A DNA stretch of 64,000 nt from Clostridia bacterium (GTDB lineage: Bacteria; Bacillota; Clostridia; Christensenellales; SZUA-584). A program made the position numbers and the translations under genes. Shown here one piece after another: positions 37,950 to 48,119 of the stretch; position 1 is the first letter of the stretch, and every line of letters starts with the position of its first letter. The notes beneath the pieces are model-generated. The model was not told the origin of the DNA and searched no databases. It was given only the letters and a program-made list of their open reading frames with translations. Location: assembly GCA_018648645.1 (NCBI GenBank), contig JABGQS010000011.1:1328-65327 (forward strand), written 5' to 3'.

Positions 37950-38762
37950 TTATCCAAGCCCAAGATCGAGCATCATCATCACAATAAATCCTATAATTAT
38001 GCCGATGGTAGCGATGTGAGATTTGCTGTCTGTGTGCCCTTCGGGGACAAGCTCTTCGACCACGACGTAGATCATAGCGCCCGCGGCAAAGCAAAGCGCG
38101 TACGGCAGTATCGGGCGAAACGCGATTACGGCGACTGCACCGAGAACGCCCGCAATCGGCTCTACCATGCCGGACAGCTGACCAAAGAAGAAGCTCTTTC
38201 TGCGCGAAAAGCCTTCCCTGCGCAGCGGTATAGACACGGCAGCGCCTTCGGGAAAGTTTTGTATCCCGATGCCAATAGCCAAAGCCACAGCACTAGCGAC
38301 AGTTGCGCCCGGTATGCCTACCGCAACTGCGCCGAAAGCAACGCCTACCGCCAGCCCTTCGGGGATATTGTGCAGCGTGATTGCCGTTACAAGCAGCACG
38401 CTTTTCTTCCAGTTCGTTTTGACGCCCTCTCTGTGTTCCACTTTGTTAAACGCGTGCATGTGCGGTATCAGCTTGTCCGCGATAAACAGGAACACACACC
38501 CTGCTGCAAACCCGATGGCTGCAATCAGCCAAGACGGCTGCCCCATAGATTCGGTCAGCTCGACAGCCGGCAGAATCAACGAAAAGAAGCTGGCTGCGAT
38601 CATAACACCGGCGGCAAAGCCGAGCATGGCATCCAGCAGCTTTTTGTTCATCTTCTTAAAAAAGAAAACGATTGCCGCACCAAGTGCAGTAAGAAACCAT
38701 GTAAATAGTGTACCAAGCAGCGCTTGGATTGTCGGTGGTTGACTAGCTAAAAATTCAAACAT
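37950..38762 (-). CDS. ZIP-family divalent metal (zinc) transporter
   Basis: 'HNIPEGLAVGVAFG' and 'QNFPEGAAVS' motifs. Eight TM helices, 270 aa. Confidence 0.88.
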   Translation of the reverse strand: MFEFLASQPPTIQALLGTLFTWFLTALGAAIVFFFKKMNKKLLDAMLGFAAGVMIAASFFSLILPAVELTESMGQPSWLIAAIGFAAGCVFLFIADKLIPHMHAFNKVEHREGVKTNWKKSVLLVTAITLHNIPEGLAVGVAFGAVAVGIPGATVASAVALAIGIGIQNFPEGAAVSIPLRREGFSRRKSFFFGQLSGMVEPIAGVLGAVAVIAFRPILPYALCFAAGAMIYVVVEELVPEGHTDSKSHIATIGIIIGFIVMMMLDLGLG

Positions 38763-38912
38763 GACTGTGCCCCCTAAAGTTTCTTCTTATCTATATAATA
38801 ACACAACCGATGCCCTGTGTTCAAATGAATGTCTGACATCGCTTCTGTACAAATTCTTGCGGAGCACACCGATGTTTGATACAATCAAAACAGAATCATC
38901 GGAGGTGCTTTT

Positions 38913-39842
38913 ATGAGCTTCAAAATCAAGAACTTTACAATGCGCGCTTTTAACAACGATGTCAACAACACCGGCAATTTAAGCGACAAATACAGCGATT
39001 GGTCGGCATACAGAAACGATGTCACACAATTTGTGAAAAGCGCAGCCCACGGGTCGCAAGACGCAAAAAGCATTATCGTACTTGGCTCTGGCGAGTGCAA
39101 CGATGTTGACCTAAAGTTTCTTTTGGACAATTTCGAGCGTGTCGTTTTGACGGATGTGGACGAGCAGAGCATATATGACGGAATCGCGCGGCAGGGAATT
39201 GCGGATGCGATGCGATTCGAGGTTTTTCAAACCGAATACACCGGGCTGGAAAACGCAGGTTTCTTTGACACTTTATCCGCGCTTTGCAGCGATAACACAC
39301 CCGTGCTCGAGATCTGCGAGTTCATCAAAAACGCTCTCACCAATGTGCGCTCTGCCGATATGAGCAAGCTGGCGGAGGGCGGTTTTGACGTCGTCCTCTC
39401 CTGCCCCATATACACTCAGATTTTGTTTACGCAGGCTGAGGTGCTTATGGAAATCCTCGCGCACTACAGCACATATTCACACGATGATATGCACATGCTG
39501 CTGCAAAGCGTCAGCAATAACATGCCCGCGCTCATAAAGAAGTACAACGATCTGCTGTTGTCCGTGACGAACCCGAACGGCAAATTAGTCGTGCTTTCGG
39601 ACGTAATCGAGACACACCCCGACGGCGAGCTTGTGCAAACGATAAGCGAAATACTTGCCGCGCAGCCGGTGGACAGCCATGCGCTGGAGCACTTGATTCA
39701 CGGCCATGGTCTTAAGTTCGGGACGCTCGGCAGGCACGACCTTCTTCACAAAACCGATGTAACCGATTCCCTATGGTGCCTCTGGCCGTTTGACGAGAAT
39801 CGGCATTACTTGGTCAGCGGCATTCTCGCAAGCAAAAAGTAG
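38913..39842 (+). CDS. Hypothetical protein, possibly a Rossmann-fold SAM-dependent methyltransferase
   Basis: GGAGG ribosome-binding site. 'IIVLGSGECND' (motif-I-like) and 'VVLTDVDEQS' (motif-II-like). The function call is weak. Confidence 0.45.
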   Translation: MSFKIKNFTMRAFNNDVNNTGNLSDKYSDWSAYRNDVTQFVKSAAHGSQDAKSIIVLGSGECNDVDLKFLLDNFERVVLTDVDEQSIYDGIARQGIADAMRFEVFQTEYTGLENAGFFDTLSALCSDNTPVLEICEFIKNALTNVRSADMSKLAEGGFDVVLSCPIYTQILFTQAEVLMEILAHYSTYSHDDMHMLLQSVSNNMPALIKKYNDLLLSVTNPNGKLVVLSDVIETHPDGELVQTISEILAAQPVDSHALEHLIHGHGLKFGTLGRHDLLHKTDVTDSLWCLWPFDENRHYLVSGILASKK

Positions 39843-40034
39843 GCGGTTTTTCGCACCGTTTTTTGTTATGTTTTTCACATCACACTATAATTACTGCGTA
39901 TCGTCGCATTTTGCACTGTTAGTGTCGGCAAACTTTTTAATCTCAAAAAAGCCCATAAACACAGGGCTTGTCCTGTTTACATCCCTTTTGAATATCGATA
40001 AATATTAAGTTTTGATAACTCGCCTTAATTGATA

Positions 40035-40063
40035 TTGACATTGTTATTTATTTATCGTAATAT
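40035..40063 (+). promoter_or_regulatory. Near-consensus sigma-A promoter of the ArsR/Mbx-like operon
   Basis: TTGACA (40035-40040), 17-nt AT-rich spacer, TAATAT (40058-40063). Confidence 0.6.
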
Positions 40064-40118
40064 ACGAATATATAGATATGTTAATTTTTTATCAATAATC
40101 TGATGAGGAGTATTCACT

Positions 40119-40403
40119 ATCGAAAACGTAAAGAAAAACTTTAAGCTAATTGAGCAGCAGGCAGAGCTTCTAAAAGCCATATCACACCCCATCCGACTTT
40201 GTATTGTCAACGGATTGATGTCGGAAAAAGGCTGCAATGTGTCGAAAATCGAGGGTTGCCTTGGTGTCCCTCAGTCTACCGTCTCGCAGCATTTGGGGAA
40301 ACTCAAAAGCGCGGGCATCGTTGAAGGACGGCGCAACGGCACAGAAGTAAACTATTATGTGGTTAACGATGATATCAAGAAAATCGTCAACTGCTTAAAA
40401 TAA
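40119..40403 (+). CDS. ArsR/SmtB-family winged-helix regulator (apparent non-canonical start)
   Basis: 'LLKAISHPIRLCIVNGL...STVSQHLGKLKSAGIV' ArsR HTH. The frame is open from the stop at 40104-40106. GAGGAG lies at 40105-40110. There is no ATG/GTG/TTG before TTG 40215, which would delete helices 1-2. Confidence 0.7.
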   Translation: MENVKKNFKLIEQQAELLKAISHPIRLCIVNGLMSEKGCNVSKIEGCLGVPQSTVSQHLGKLKSAGIVEGRRNGTEVNYYVVNDDIKKIVNCLK

Positions 40404-40437
40404 CTATTTTTTATTAAAACTGAAAGAAGGGTATGAA

Positions 40438-40923
40438 ATGAAAAAAACAATTTCTACATTTCTGGTTTTGTTGGCCATATGGGTGCTGCTCACAGGTTTT
40501 AACTGGATGGAAGTCGTTCTTGGCGCGGCCGTATCATTAGTGCTTGCCATTATTATTTCCAGATTCGTAAACTATTCATTTGGCTTTGGCATTATCCTTG
40601 GACTAATCAAGTTTATCGTAATCTACATTCCGGTCTTCATATTTAAACTTGTGCTTGCCAACATTGATATCGCTTATCGGGTGCTAAGCCCAAAGCTTCC
40701 TATCAACCCCGGCATAGTGAAAGTCCCGACAAAACTGAAAAGCGACTTTGGCAAATTCGTGCTTGCAAACTCTATCACGCTGACACCGGGCACACTCTCG
40801 CTAGACGTTGAAGATGACGAAGTGATTGTGCATTGGGTTAACGTAAAAGGCAAAACTTCGGGCGAGCATCAAAGCAGAATTTCCAAAACGTTCGAGAAAC
40901 TGCTTGGAGGTATAGTCAAATGA
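40438..40923 (+). CDS. MrpE/MnhE-like subunit (MbxA position)
   Basis: 'ANSITLTPGTLS' MnhE signature. N-terminal TM helices. ATGA overlap with the next gene. Confidence 0.85.
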   Translation: MKKTISTFLVLLAIWVLLTGFNWMEVVLGAAVSLVLAIIISRFVNYSFGFGIILGLIKFIVIYIPVFIFKLVLANIDIAYRVLSPKLPINPGIVKVPTKLKSDFGKFVLANSITLTPGTLSLDVEDDEVIVHWVNVKGKTSGEHQSRISKTFEKLLGGIVK

Positions 40924-41174
40924 TTATAAACATCATTGTATTTTCGCTGGTTGGCGTTGGCGTGCTGTTCGCGCTGATTCGGCTAATCGCCGGTCCGACC
41001 GCGTTCGACAGAGTCGTAGGGCTCGATACGCTCAACATCATCATCACTGCAACTGTTGTGCTGCTGGCGCTGGTGCTAAAAAACGAGCTGTATCTCGACA
41101 TAGCGATTGTATACGCGGTTCTTTCATTCCTTGAAACCATACTATTCGCTAGATTTTTGGAGGGCAGACGATGA
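40920..41174 (+). CDS. MrpF/MnhF-like subunit (MbxB position)
   Basis: 84 aa, three TM helices, 'IAGPTAFDRVVGLDTL'. Confidence 0.85.
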   Translation: MIINIIVFSLVGVGVLFALIRLIAGPTAFDRVVGLDTLNIIITATVVLLALVLKNELYLDIAIVYAVLSFLETILFARFLEGRR

Positions 41175-41482
41175 TTATTACTTCTTATATATTAATGATA
41201 ATAGGCGCGATTTTTCTGGCACTAGGGGGCTTTGGCGTTTTTAGAATGCCGGACGTATATAACCGCATCCAAGCCGGAACGAAAGCAACCACGCTGGGTG
41301 CGTTCGCGCTGATACTCGGTGTCGGGTTCGCTGAACCCAGCTGGTTTCTAAAAATCGCACTCATCATCGTGTTTATCGCGATAACCAACCCGGTCGGAAG
41401 CTCTACGCTTGCCCGGGCGGCCTACAAAAGCGGTGTTAGCGCAACGCTTTTGCAAAAGCAGAAAGAAGGTGAAGACAAATGA
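41171..41482 (+). CDS. MrpG/MnhG-like subunit (MbxC position)
   Basis: 'FRMPDVYNRIQAGTKATTLG' MnhG/PhaG motif. Confidence 0.85.
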   Translation: MIITSYILMIIGAIFLALGGFGVFRMPDVYNRIQAGTKATTLGAFALILGVGFAEPSWFLKIALIIVFIAITNPVGSSTLARAAYKSGVSATLLQKQKEGEDK

Positions 41483-41733
41483 CAATTCTGCAAATCGTTG
41501 AAATTGTTGTCGGTGTCGCCATGATTGTCTTCGGAATACTGGCAATCAACACCAAAAAATTAATCAACTCGGTCATCTTCCTCTCCGTCATAAGCATGCT
41601 CGCTGTGGTGAGCTTTATGCTGATGAGAGCGCCCGACGTTGCCATCACAGAAGCGGTTATAGGCTCCGGGCTCGTAACGGCAATCTTCGTGTTCACGCTG
41701 TATACTACGAAGAAAGCAGGTGAGAAGATATGA
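41479..41733 (+). CDS. MbhD/DUF4040-family subunit
   Basis: 84 aa, three TM helices, 'RAPDVAITEAVIGSGL'. Confidence 0.8.
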   Translation: MTILQIVEIVVGVAMIVFGILAINTKKLINSVIFLSVISMLAVVSFMLMRAPDVAITEAVIGSGLVTAIFVFTLYTTKKAGEKI

Positions 41734-42488
41734 AACAAGTAGTATCTATACTGTTAGTATTAGCAGTCGGCTTCTTCATCTTCTCCGCGCTATACTTCCC
41801 AAACCAAGGAGACTCCGCGTTTGACAGCTATGGCGAAGTGGATTTGGACGAGCGCGTATCAAGCAGCTTTATCGACAAAAACGTAACAGGCGAAAATGAC
41901 GAAGTGGTGTTTGGAGAGTCGGCAAACCTTGAAGACGGCTCGGCAAACTACGTCACGTCAGTCATCGTCAACTATCGATCGTTCGATACGCTTGGCGAAG
42001 TCACCGTGCTGTTCATCAGCGCATTCGGCGTTGGACTGCTGCTAAGCGGACGCCGCAAGAAGCAGGCTTTTGCGCATCAACCAAACTTCATACTCAAATA
42101 CGGCGCACGTCTTGTGTTTGGCATCATGGTCATCTTCGGTGTCTATATGTTCTCTCACGGACACTTGGCACCGGGCGGCGGTTTCCCCGGCGGCGCAATC
42201 ATTGCCGCGGCACTCTTGCTGCTGTATCTCGCCGACAACGACTTTAGGGCAAAGATGAAAGCGTTCAAAGTAACCGAAGGCATCGCAGGCAGCATATACG
42301 TGATTCTGGGGCTTCTCGCCATCGTGATTGGCGGCTACTTCCTGATGAACTTCCTGCCCACCGGCATCGTCGGTACGATATTCAGCGCAGGTCTCATCCC
42401 AATCATCTACGTGTTGATTGGTCTCAAGGTCGGCAGCGAAATCGCCGGCATCGTAGACAGTTTCCTGACAGTGGAGGTGGAGAAATGA
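41730..42488 (+). CDS. MnhB/MrpB-like subunit
   Basis: 'NYRSFDTLGEVTVLF' and 'GHLAPGGGFPGG' motifs. Confidence 0.85.
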   Translation: MKQVVSILLVLAVGFFIFSALYFPNQGDSAFDSYGEVDLDERVSSSFIDKNVTGENDEVVFGESANLEDGSANYVTSVIVNYRSFDTLGEVTVLFISAFGVGLLLSGRRKKQAFAHQPNFILKYGARLVFGIMVIFGVYMFSHGHLAPGGGFPGGAIIAAALLLLYLADNDFRAKMKAFKVTEGIAGSIYVILGLLAIVIGGYFLMNFLPTGIVGTIFSAGLIPIIYVLIGLKVGSEIAGIVDSFLTVEVEK

Positions 42489-42820
42489 TACAGTATCTTT
42501 CAATTGCACTGATGTTGGTCGGAATATATGGGCTGCTTAGTCAAAGAAACATGATTAAGCTCATCGTTTCGCTCAACATCTTCGAAATCGGACTCAATAT
42601 CTTCATTGTTTCCATCGGGTTTGTGAAGGACGGTCTCGCACCGATTCTGACATCGAACCATAACAGTTCCGCATTGCTTTATGTCGATCCGCTGCCTCAA
42701 GCAATGGTGCTGACAGCAATCGTCATCGGCGTTGGCATTACAGCGCTCGCATTGGCGCTCGCACGAAAGCTATACAAAACGCACGGAACATACGAATTAG
42801 ACGAAATGGAGGGCGAATAA
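42485..42820 (+). CDS. MrpC/NuoK-like subunit
   Basis: 111 aa, three TM helices, 'DPLPQAMVLTAIVIG'. Confidence 0.85.
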   Translation: MIQYLSIALMLVGIYGLLSQRNMIKLIVSLNIFEIGLNIFIVSIGFVKDGLAPILTSNHNSSALLYVDPLPQAMVLTAIVIGVGITALALALARKLYKTHGTYELDEMEGE

Positions 42821-42821
42821 T

Positions 42822-44255
42822 ATGAATCCAGCTCTTTTGATAGCAGCTCCATTACTAGCTGCGTTTATCGCAGTAATATTCAAAAAGATTGACAAAGTTG
42901 TCCTTGGGGTTGTCGCAGTCGGCAACATCGCCTACAGCATTGTCATGGCTGTGCTTTTCACAGGCGCGACGCAAATAGCGATTGGCGGGTTTGCACCGCC
43001 GTTTGGCATCAGCCTCGTTTTGGACAGCTACAGCTTAATCGGCATATTGCTGGTCAACGTCGCGTTCGGTCTCATCCTGTTGATGGGCACCAAGCTGGTT
43101 GGCAGATACGGCATCGTGTTGGCGGTCTCGCTGGCAGCGCTTAACGGCATCGTGCTGACAGGCGACTTGTTCAACCTGTTCGTGTTCATCGAGGTTGCGG
43201 CAATCAGCGCATACATCATGACAACAATGAACAAGCAGCTAAAGCACACGTTTAATTATCTGATACTCGGCACTTTGGCTTCGGGACTGCTGCTGTTTGG
43301 CATCGCGGTGCTATACAACATGTTCGGCTCGCTGAACATCATCGACATTGCTAGCAAACTTGCGATCTCCGGCGTTTCTGCCGGCGCAATGGTGCTGCCG
43401 ATAGTGTTTATCTTCGCAGGACTGTCGGTCGAAGCCAAGCTGATTCCGTTTGGCGGTTGGGTGCGAGGCGTGCTGAAAAAAAGCAACAGCCTTGTCGGAC
43501 CATTGCTGGTCACGGGCTATGCCGCCGCGATACTTTTGGTGTTCGGCAGGCTGACAAGCACCATCTTCATAATGAGCGACGGGCTTAAAATCGCACTCAC
43601 CGTTGTCGCAGTGGCAACGCTGGTGCTTGCGGAGTTCACGGCGTTCAGCAAAAAGAACCTGCGAGAAGTGCTGTTGTTTAGCAGCATCGCACAGTCAGGG
43701 TTGGTCGTCGCGCTTTTCCTAAACGGATTAACGGTGGCAGCGATTCTCGTGCTGGTCAACAACGTTGTCAGCAAACTCGTGCTGTTCGCGCTCTCGGCAA
43801 AAATCGCGGACGACACCGGCACAGACAAAATATCCGAGCTAAAGGGCGTGTTCACAAAATACCGCGTGCTTGGCGTAGGGTTCACAATCGCGGCAATGTC
43901 GCTGATTGGTCTGCCGATGTTCTTTGGCTTTGTCGCCAAGGCACAGGCAGTAATGTCGCTGTTTGAAAGCGGCAACCTATGGCTTCCCGCCGTCATCCTC
44001 CTCGTGAGCGTGATCGAAGGAATCTACATTATAAGAATACTAACAACGCTTTGGAACTCGGGCAAAGAAGGACAGGTTCCAAGCAAAGATGCGCAAAAGG
44101 AATACAAGTTAAACGGGTTTGTGAAGGTGAGCATCGTAGCTCTCGTCATCGGCGTTCTAATCGTCGCCGCGGGTATCCTTCCCATTACAAACATAAAAGA
44201 GTTTTTGAGCTCAGATTTCCTGTCATTTATAACGCGCAGCATGGGAGGTGTTTAA
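42822..44255 (+). CDS. Antiporter-like subunit 1 (divergent MrpD/NuoN family; MbxH position)
   Basis: 477-aa polytopic protein with the NuoL/M/N-type helix pattern but weakly conserved core motifs. Confidence 0.75.
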   Translation: MNPALLIAAPLLAAFIAVIFKKIDKVVLGVVAVGNIAYSIVMAVLFTGATQIAIGGFAPPFGISLVLDSYSLIGILLVNVAFGLILLMGTKLVGRYGIVLAVSLAALNGIVLTGDLFNLFVFIEVAAISAYIMTTMNKQLKHTFNYLILGTLASGLLLFGIAVLYNMFGSLNIIDIASKLAISGVSAGAMVLPIVFIFAGLSVEAKLIPFGGWVRGVLKKSNSLVGPLLVTGYAAAILLVFGRLTSTIFIMSDGLKIALTVVAVATLVLAEFTAFSKKNLREVLLFSSIAQSGLVVALFLNGLTVAAILVLVNNVVSKLVLFALSAKIADDTGTDKISELKGVFTKYRVLGVGFTIAAMSLIGLPMFFGFVAKAQAVMSLFESGNLWLPAVILLVSVIEGIYIIRILTTLWNSGKEGQVPSKDAQKEYKLNGFVKVSIVALVIGVLIVAAGILPITNIKEFLSSDFLSFITRSMGGV

Positions 44256-46091
44256 ATGGGTATTAGTATAGGAGTCGGCACTATAATCGTAGGACTGCTG
44301 ATTAGCGCAGTGCTTGCGTACGTGCTCACGAAAATCAACAAAACAACCGGAGCTTGGGTAACTGTACTCGCACCTTTCCTCGCGCTTGCCGCAGTATTTT
44401 TGCTGCGGGACAGTATAGGCACCACCTACTCGCTGTTTTTCCTCGAGTTCGAACTTACCGAATACGGCTGGTTCTTCTCGATGATTATGCTTCTTGTGTT
44501 TGCCTGCGTGTCGTTCTTCAACGTCTACTGGATGAAAAAGATGGTCCACCCGGCAGCTTACAACATGCTGTATCTTTTGGCACTCACGGGCACGCTTGGT
44601 GCTTTCATGGCAAAGGATTTCATCGGGCTGTTCATCTTCTGGGAAATGATCGTGTGGTCATCGATGTTCATTATACCGTTTGGCAAAAGCAGAAAGGCGT
44701 CTGTCGTGTACTACGCGTTTAGCGCGCTAGGCTCGCTCGCCATGCTATACGGTATATTCTATCTGTACAACGCATTTGGCAGCTTCAACATACAAGAAGT
44801 GCTAAAGCTGGCTGCGACAGACACGACGGCGGCGCTCGTCGCGTTTATCACCATCGGCATCGCCGGTATGGTAAAGCTCGGCGTGTTCCCGTTCCATCTG
44901 TGGCTGCCACGTGCGCACGGCAACGCACCCGACACCTTCTCCCCGATACTCTCGGGCGGGCTGGTCAAGGCGGGCGGCTTCGCTGTGTTCCTGATCGCTG
45001 TGGTCATGCCGTCATACGAAGCGTTTGCGACGCAGCTGCAGTTTATGGGCGTGTCGATAACAAGCTACATATTCATACTGTTTGGCGCGGTCAGCATTGT
45101 TGTGGGCACGCTGATGGCTATCAAGCAGGATGACTTCAAGAAACTAATCGCATACTCGTCCGTGGCCAATGCGGGCTACATCATCATTGGTCTTGCAATG
45201 ACAGACGCACTAAGCGTCGGCGGAGCGTTTATGCACATATTCGCACACGCACTGGCAAGCGCTGCGGCCTTCCTTGCGGTGGCTGCGGTGTCGCACAGAA
45301 CGGGCACAACCAAAATGAGCGAGCTTGGCGGTCTGATACACAGAATGCCGCTGACCTACCTCGTATACCTTATCGCGATTATATCGATGGCGGGCATACC
45401 GCCGATGGCCGGCTTCATCAGCAAATGGATGCTGTTCCAGTCGATGATCGATAACGGTATGGTGTTTGTGGCAACGGCTGCGTTCTTTGGCAGCATCGGC
45501 TCGTTCCTCTACGTGTTCCGCCCATTATCCGCTGTGTTCTTAGGGCAGCTTTCACCAAAGCACTACAAAGTCAAGAAAGCGCCTGTGCTGATGATGATTC
45601 CGATGATTATACTATCGGGCTTGACAGTGCTGTTCGGCATTTTCCCGAACATCGTGCTTCGCATCGTCAGCAGGATACAAACTTCGGTTGGCATGGAAGG
45701 CTTGCAGTTTGACGGAACAAAGATTATCGGAAGCAACGGGTCGCTTGACCCGACGCTGATTGTGGTGATATTCGGTATCGGCTTTATGATTGCGCTGGTT
45801 ATCTTCCTGCTCCATCCGAAATCGAGAAAAGTGGAGCTTATGGACACGTACACAGCTTCTGAGTTTATCTATACACCCGAGCTGCTGCATTACTCGCACA
45901 GCTTCTATGCGCCGTTCGAGCGTCTGTATAAAAACGCGCCCGACACAAGCAAGTGGTACAAGGCGATATTGAAAAAAGTGTCCGAGATTGGTGGATTCGT
46001 CAGCTACGCGTTCTTTAGCAGCAAACCGAGAATTGTGGTTTTCTGGATAGTGATTGCGATGGTAGCATTATTGTGGGGTGGCAGCGTATGA
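44256..46091 (+). CDS. Antiporter-like subunit 2 (MrpD/MrpA/NuoL family; MbxH' position)
   Basis: 'FWEMIVWSS' and 'FPFHLWLPRAHGNAPDTFSPILSGGLVKAG' are a classic proton-antiporter-M core. Confidence 0.85.
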   Translation: MGISIGVGTIIVGLLISAVLAYVLTKINKTTGAWVTVLAPFLALAAVFLLRDSIGTTYSLFFLEFELTEYGWFFSMIMLLVFACVSFFNVYWMKKMVHPAAYNMLYLLALTGTLGAFMAKDFIGLFIFWEMIVWSSMFIIPFGKSRKASVVYYAFSALGSLAMLYGIFYLYNAFGSFNIQEVLKLAATDTTAALVAFITIGIAGMVKLGVFPFHLWLPRAHGNAPDTFSPILSGGLVKAGGFAVFLIAVVMPSYEAFATQLQFMGVSITSYIFILFGAVSIVVGTLMAIKQDDFKKLIAYSSVANAGYIIIGLAMTDALSVGGAFMHIFAHALASAAAFLAVAAVSHRTGTTKMSELGGLIHRMPLTYLVYLIAIISMAGIPPMAGFISKWMLFQSMIDNGMVFVATAAFFGSIGSFLYVFRPLSAVFLGQLSPKHYKVKKAPVLMMIPMIILSGLTVLFGIFPNIVLRIVSRIQTSVGMEGLQFDGTKIIGSNGSLDPTLIVVIFGIGFMIALVIFLLHPKSRKVELMDTYTASEFIYTPELLHYSHSFYAPFERLYKNAPDTSKWYKAILKKVSEIGGFVSYAFFSSKPRIVVFWIVIAMVALLWGGSV

Positions 46092-47044
46092 TTACGATAA
46101 TAATAAGTATCTTAATAGCGCTCGGCATATTGGTGTTTGCGTTCCTATGGCAGACAACGCTGAGCGGAATAACAAGAAAAATTGTGGGCAGATACCAAAA
46201 GCGCTACGGTCCTAGGTTCTACCAGAACTTTAGAGACATCTTCAAAGCGCTGAGCAAACGCGGTATCACGCACGGATGGGTGTACAGCTTTGGCGTTATC
46301 ATGGCGGTCGGCGGTATCATGGCAACGGTCATGTTCCTGCCCCTGTTCGGCATCGTGCCGTTCCCGGGCGTAGACAACTTCTTCATCTATGTCTACCTGT
46401 TCGCTGTCGGAATGCTTGGCATGGCGATGAGCGCTGTAGGCTCGGGCAACCCGCTTGCCGGCATCGGCGTTATGCGCGCACTCACGCAAATGGTCGGCTA
46501 CGAAGTGCCGTTCATGATTGTAGTATTAGCGATGATATACGGACACGGCACAAGCTCATTGTCAGAGCTTGCGGCAATCCAGCAGACATCGGGCTTTCTT
46601 AGCTGGAACCTCGTCAAAATGCCGATTGGCACTATTGTCGGGTTTATATGCCTGCTTGGAATGCTTGGCAAAAAGCCGTTCGAGACCTTTATCGCACCCG
46701 CAGAGATTGCTTCTGGTCCGATGGTCGAATACGGCGGCAAGCAGCTTGGTATGCTGATGATTATGCACGAGCTGGCGACGTTTATCGAAATCAGCTTGTT
46801 CGTAAACTTGTTCCTTGGCGGCGCAACACCGATAGTGTTTGGCGAGACAACCGTGCTAGTCGGGCTTTCATCAGTCGTTGGGTTCCTGCTCAAATACTCT
46901 ATTGTATATATAGTGAGCGCGCTGATAAGCAACGCACTCGGACGATTCAAAATAGACCAAGTTATAAAATACTTCTACAAAGTGCCGATCGTTTTGGCGA
47001 TTATCCAAGCATTGATTGTAGTGTTCCTGGGATGGGGGGTATAG
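46088..47044 (+). CDS. NuoH/HycD/MbhM-like membrane subunit
   Basis: 'RKIVGRYQKRYGPRF' signature. ATGA overlap with the preceding stop. ORF open from 46073. Confidence 0.85.
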   Translation: MITIIISILIALGILVFAFLWQTTLSGITRKIVGRYQKRYGPRFYQNFRDIFKALSKRGITHGWVYSFGVIMAVGGIMATVMFLPLFGIVPFPGVDNFFIYVYLFAVGMLGMAMSAVGSGNPLAGIGVMRALTQMVGYEVPFMIVVLAMIYGHGTSSLSELAAIQQTSGFLSWNLVKMPIGTIVGFICLLGMLGKKPFETFIAPAEIASGPMVEYGGKQLGMLMIMHELATFIEISLFVNLFLGGATPIVFGETTVLVGLSSVVGFLLKYSIVYIVSALISNALGRFKIDQVIKYFYKVPIVLAIIQALIVVFLGWGV

Positions 47045-47047
47045 CAG

Positions 47048-47608
47048 ATGAGTAAAAAAGAAAGAGCTGTAGCAAAACGAAAAAAGAAATGGGATGGCAT
47101 AAGCAACTTCTTTAGAGCCAATTCCATATGGATGCTGATGTATTGTACGGGGTGCTGCGCGATCGAGCTTCCTCAAGCCATGACCAGCAAATACGACATG
47201 GAGCGCCTTGGCATGGGCCCAATGGCAACGCCAAGGCAAGCCGACGTTATATTGGTAACAGGTTACCTTAGCGTAAAAACGCTTAGGCGCGTCATCTATG
47301 CTTACGAGCAAATGGGCGAGCCGAAATATTTGGTGGCGTTTGGCCCTTGCACAATCAACGGCGGCATCTATTACGACGCGCATCCGGTCATCAAGAGTCT
47401 TGACCAGTACCTGCCGATAGACGTATATATCGCAGGTTGTATGCCAAAGCCCGAGGCCGTAATGAACGGGTTCCAAGACTTAATTGATATGATTAAGCGC
47501 AAAGAAGCCAACGGATGGCGCAAGTACCAAGAGAACAAGGAATGGTACAGAGAAAATCAAATTCACGCGCTTGGCGAGCTGCGCATTAAGGATGAGTTCC
47601 ATGAATAA
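47048..47608 (+). CDS. NuoB / hydrogenase small-subunit-like [4Fe-4S] subunit (MbxJ position)
   Basis: 'GCCAIE', 'GPCTINGG' and 'GCMPKPE' give the four Cys of the N2-type cluster. Confidence 0.9.
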   Translation: MSKKERAVAKRKKKWDGISNFFRANSIWMLMYCTGCCAIELPQAMTSKYDMERLGMGPMATPRQADVILVTGYLSVKTLRRVIYAYEQMGEPKYLVAFGPCTINGGIYYDAHPVIKSLDQYLPIDVYIAGCMPKPEAVMNGFQDLIDMIKRKEANGWRKYQENKEWYRENQIHALGELRIKDEFHE

Positions 47609-48119
47609 TATAATTAAAGAATTTGTTGATAATGTGACTGCAAAGTTTGAACTTATGGGCGTCGATTATCCGGCAGACCTGCAAGTCTCGCTCGACTTTG
47701 ACCAGCGTGACATTCACAACGCGCTGGCGTACATAAAAGGCGCAGGCTGGACGCAGATGTCTCTATTGACGTGTGTGGACTGGATAGCCGATAATGAATT
47801 TCAATTGGTGTTTATACTGTTCAATTGGAAAAACGGCGTGCGGTTGCAGGTGCGTACGCGGATTGACCGCGACAAACCTGTTTTCACGACGATCACGAAC
47901 ATATACCCCGGTGCGCAGTACTACGAACGCGACGTGCACGAGTTTTTCGGTGTCGAGTTTGAGGGAAATCCCGACTCGTACAAGCAGCTGTTCCTAGAGA
48001 ACTGGGACGATATCCCGCCGCTGAGAAAAGACTTCGACGCGATTGCTTATTCGGACAGAAAATACCCCGCAAGAAAATACAAAGCGAATTTCAGCACGGA
48101 AGCAGGTGAGAGCAAATGA
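47601..48119 (+). CDS. NuoC (30 kDa)-like subunit (MbxK position)
   Basis: 'YYERDVHEFFGVEFEGNPD'. ATG 47601 overlaps the upstream stop. ORF open from 47571. Confidence 0.85.
   Translation: MNNIIKEFVDNVTAKFELMGVDYPADLQVSLDFDQRDIHNALAYIKGAGWTQMSLLTCVDWIADNEFQLVFILFNWKNGVRLQVRTRIDRDKPVFTTITNIYPGAQYYERDVHEFFGVEFEGNPDSYKQLFLENWDDIPPLRKDFDAIAYSDRKYPARKYKANFSTEAGESK

Noticed and set aside
37836-38708. 290-aa + strand ORF
   Set aside because: It is antisense to the ZIP transporter gene, which has clear HNxPEG motifs. The composition is that of a shadow frame.
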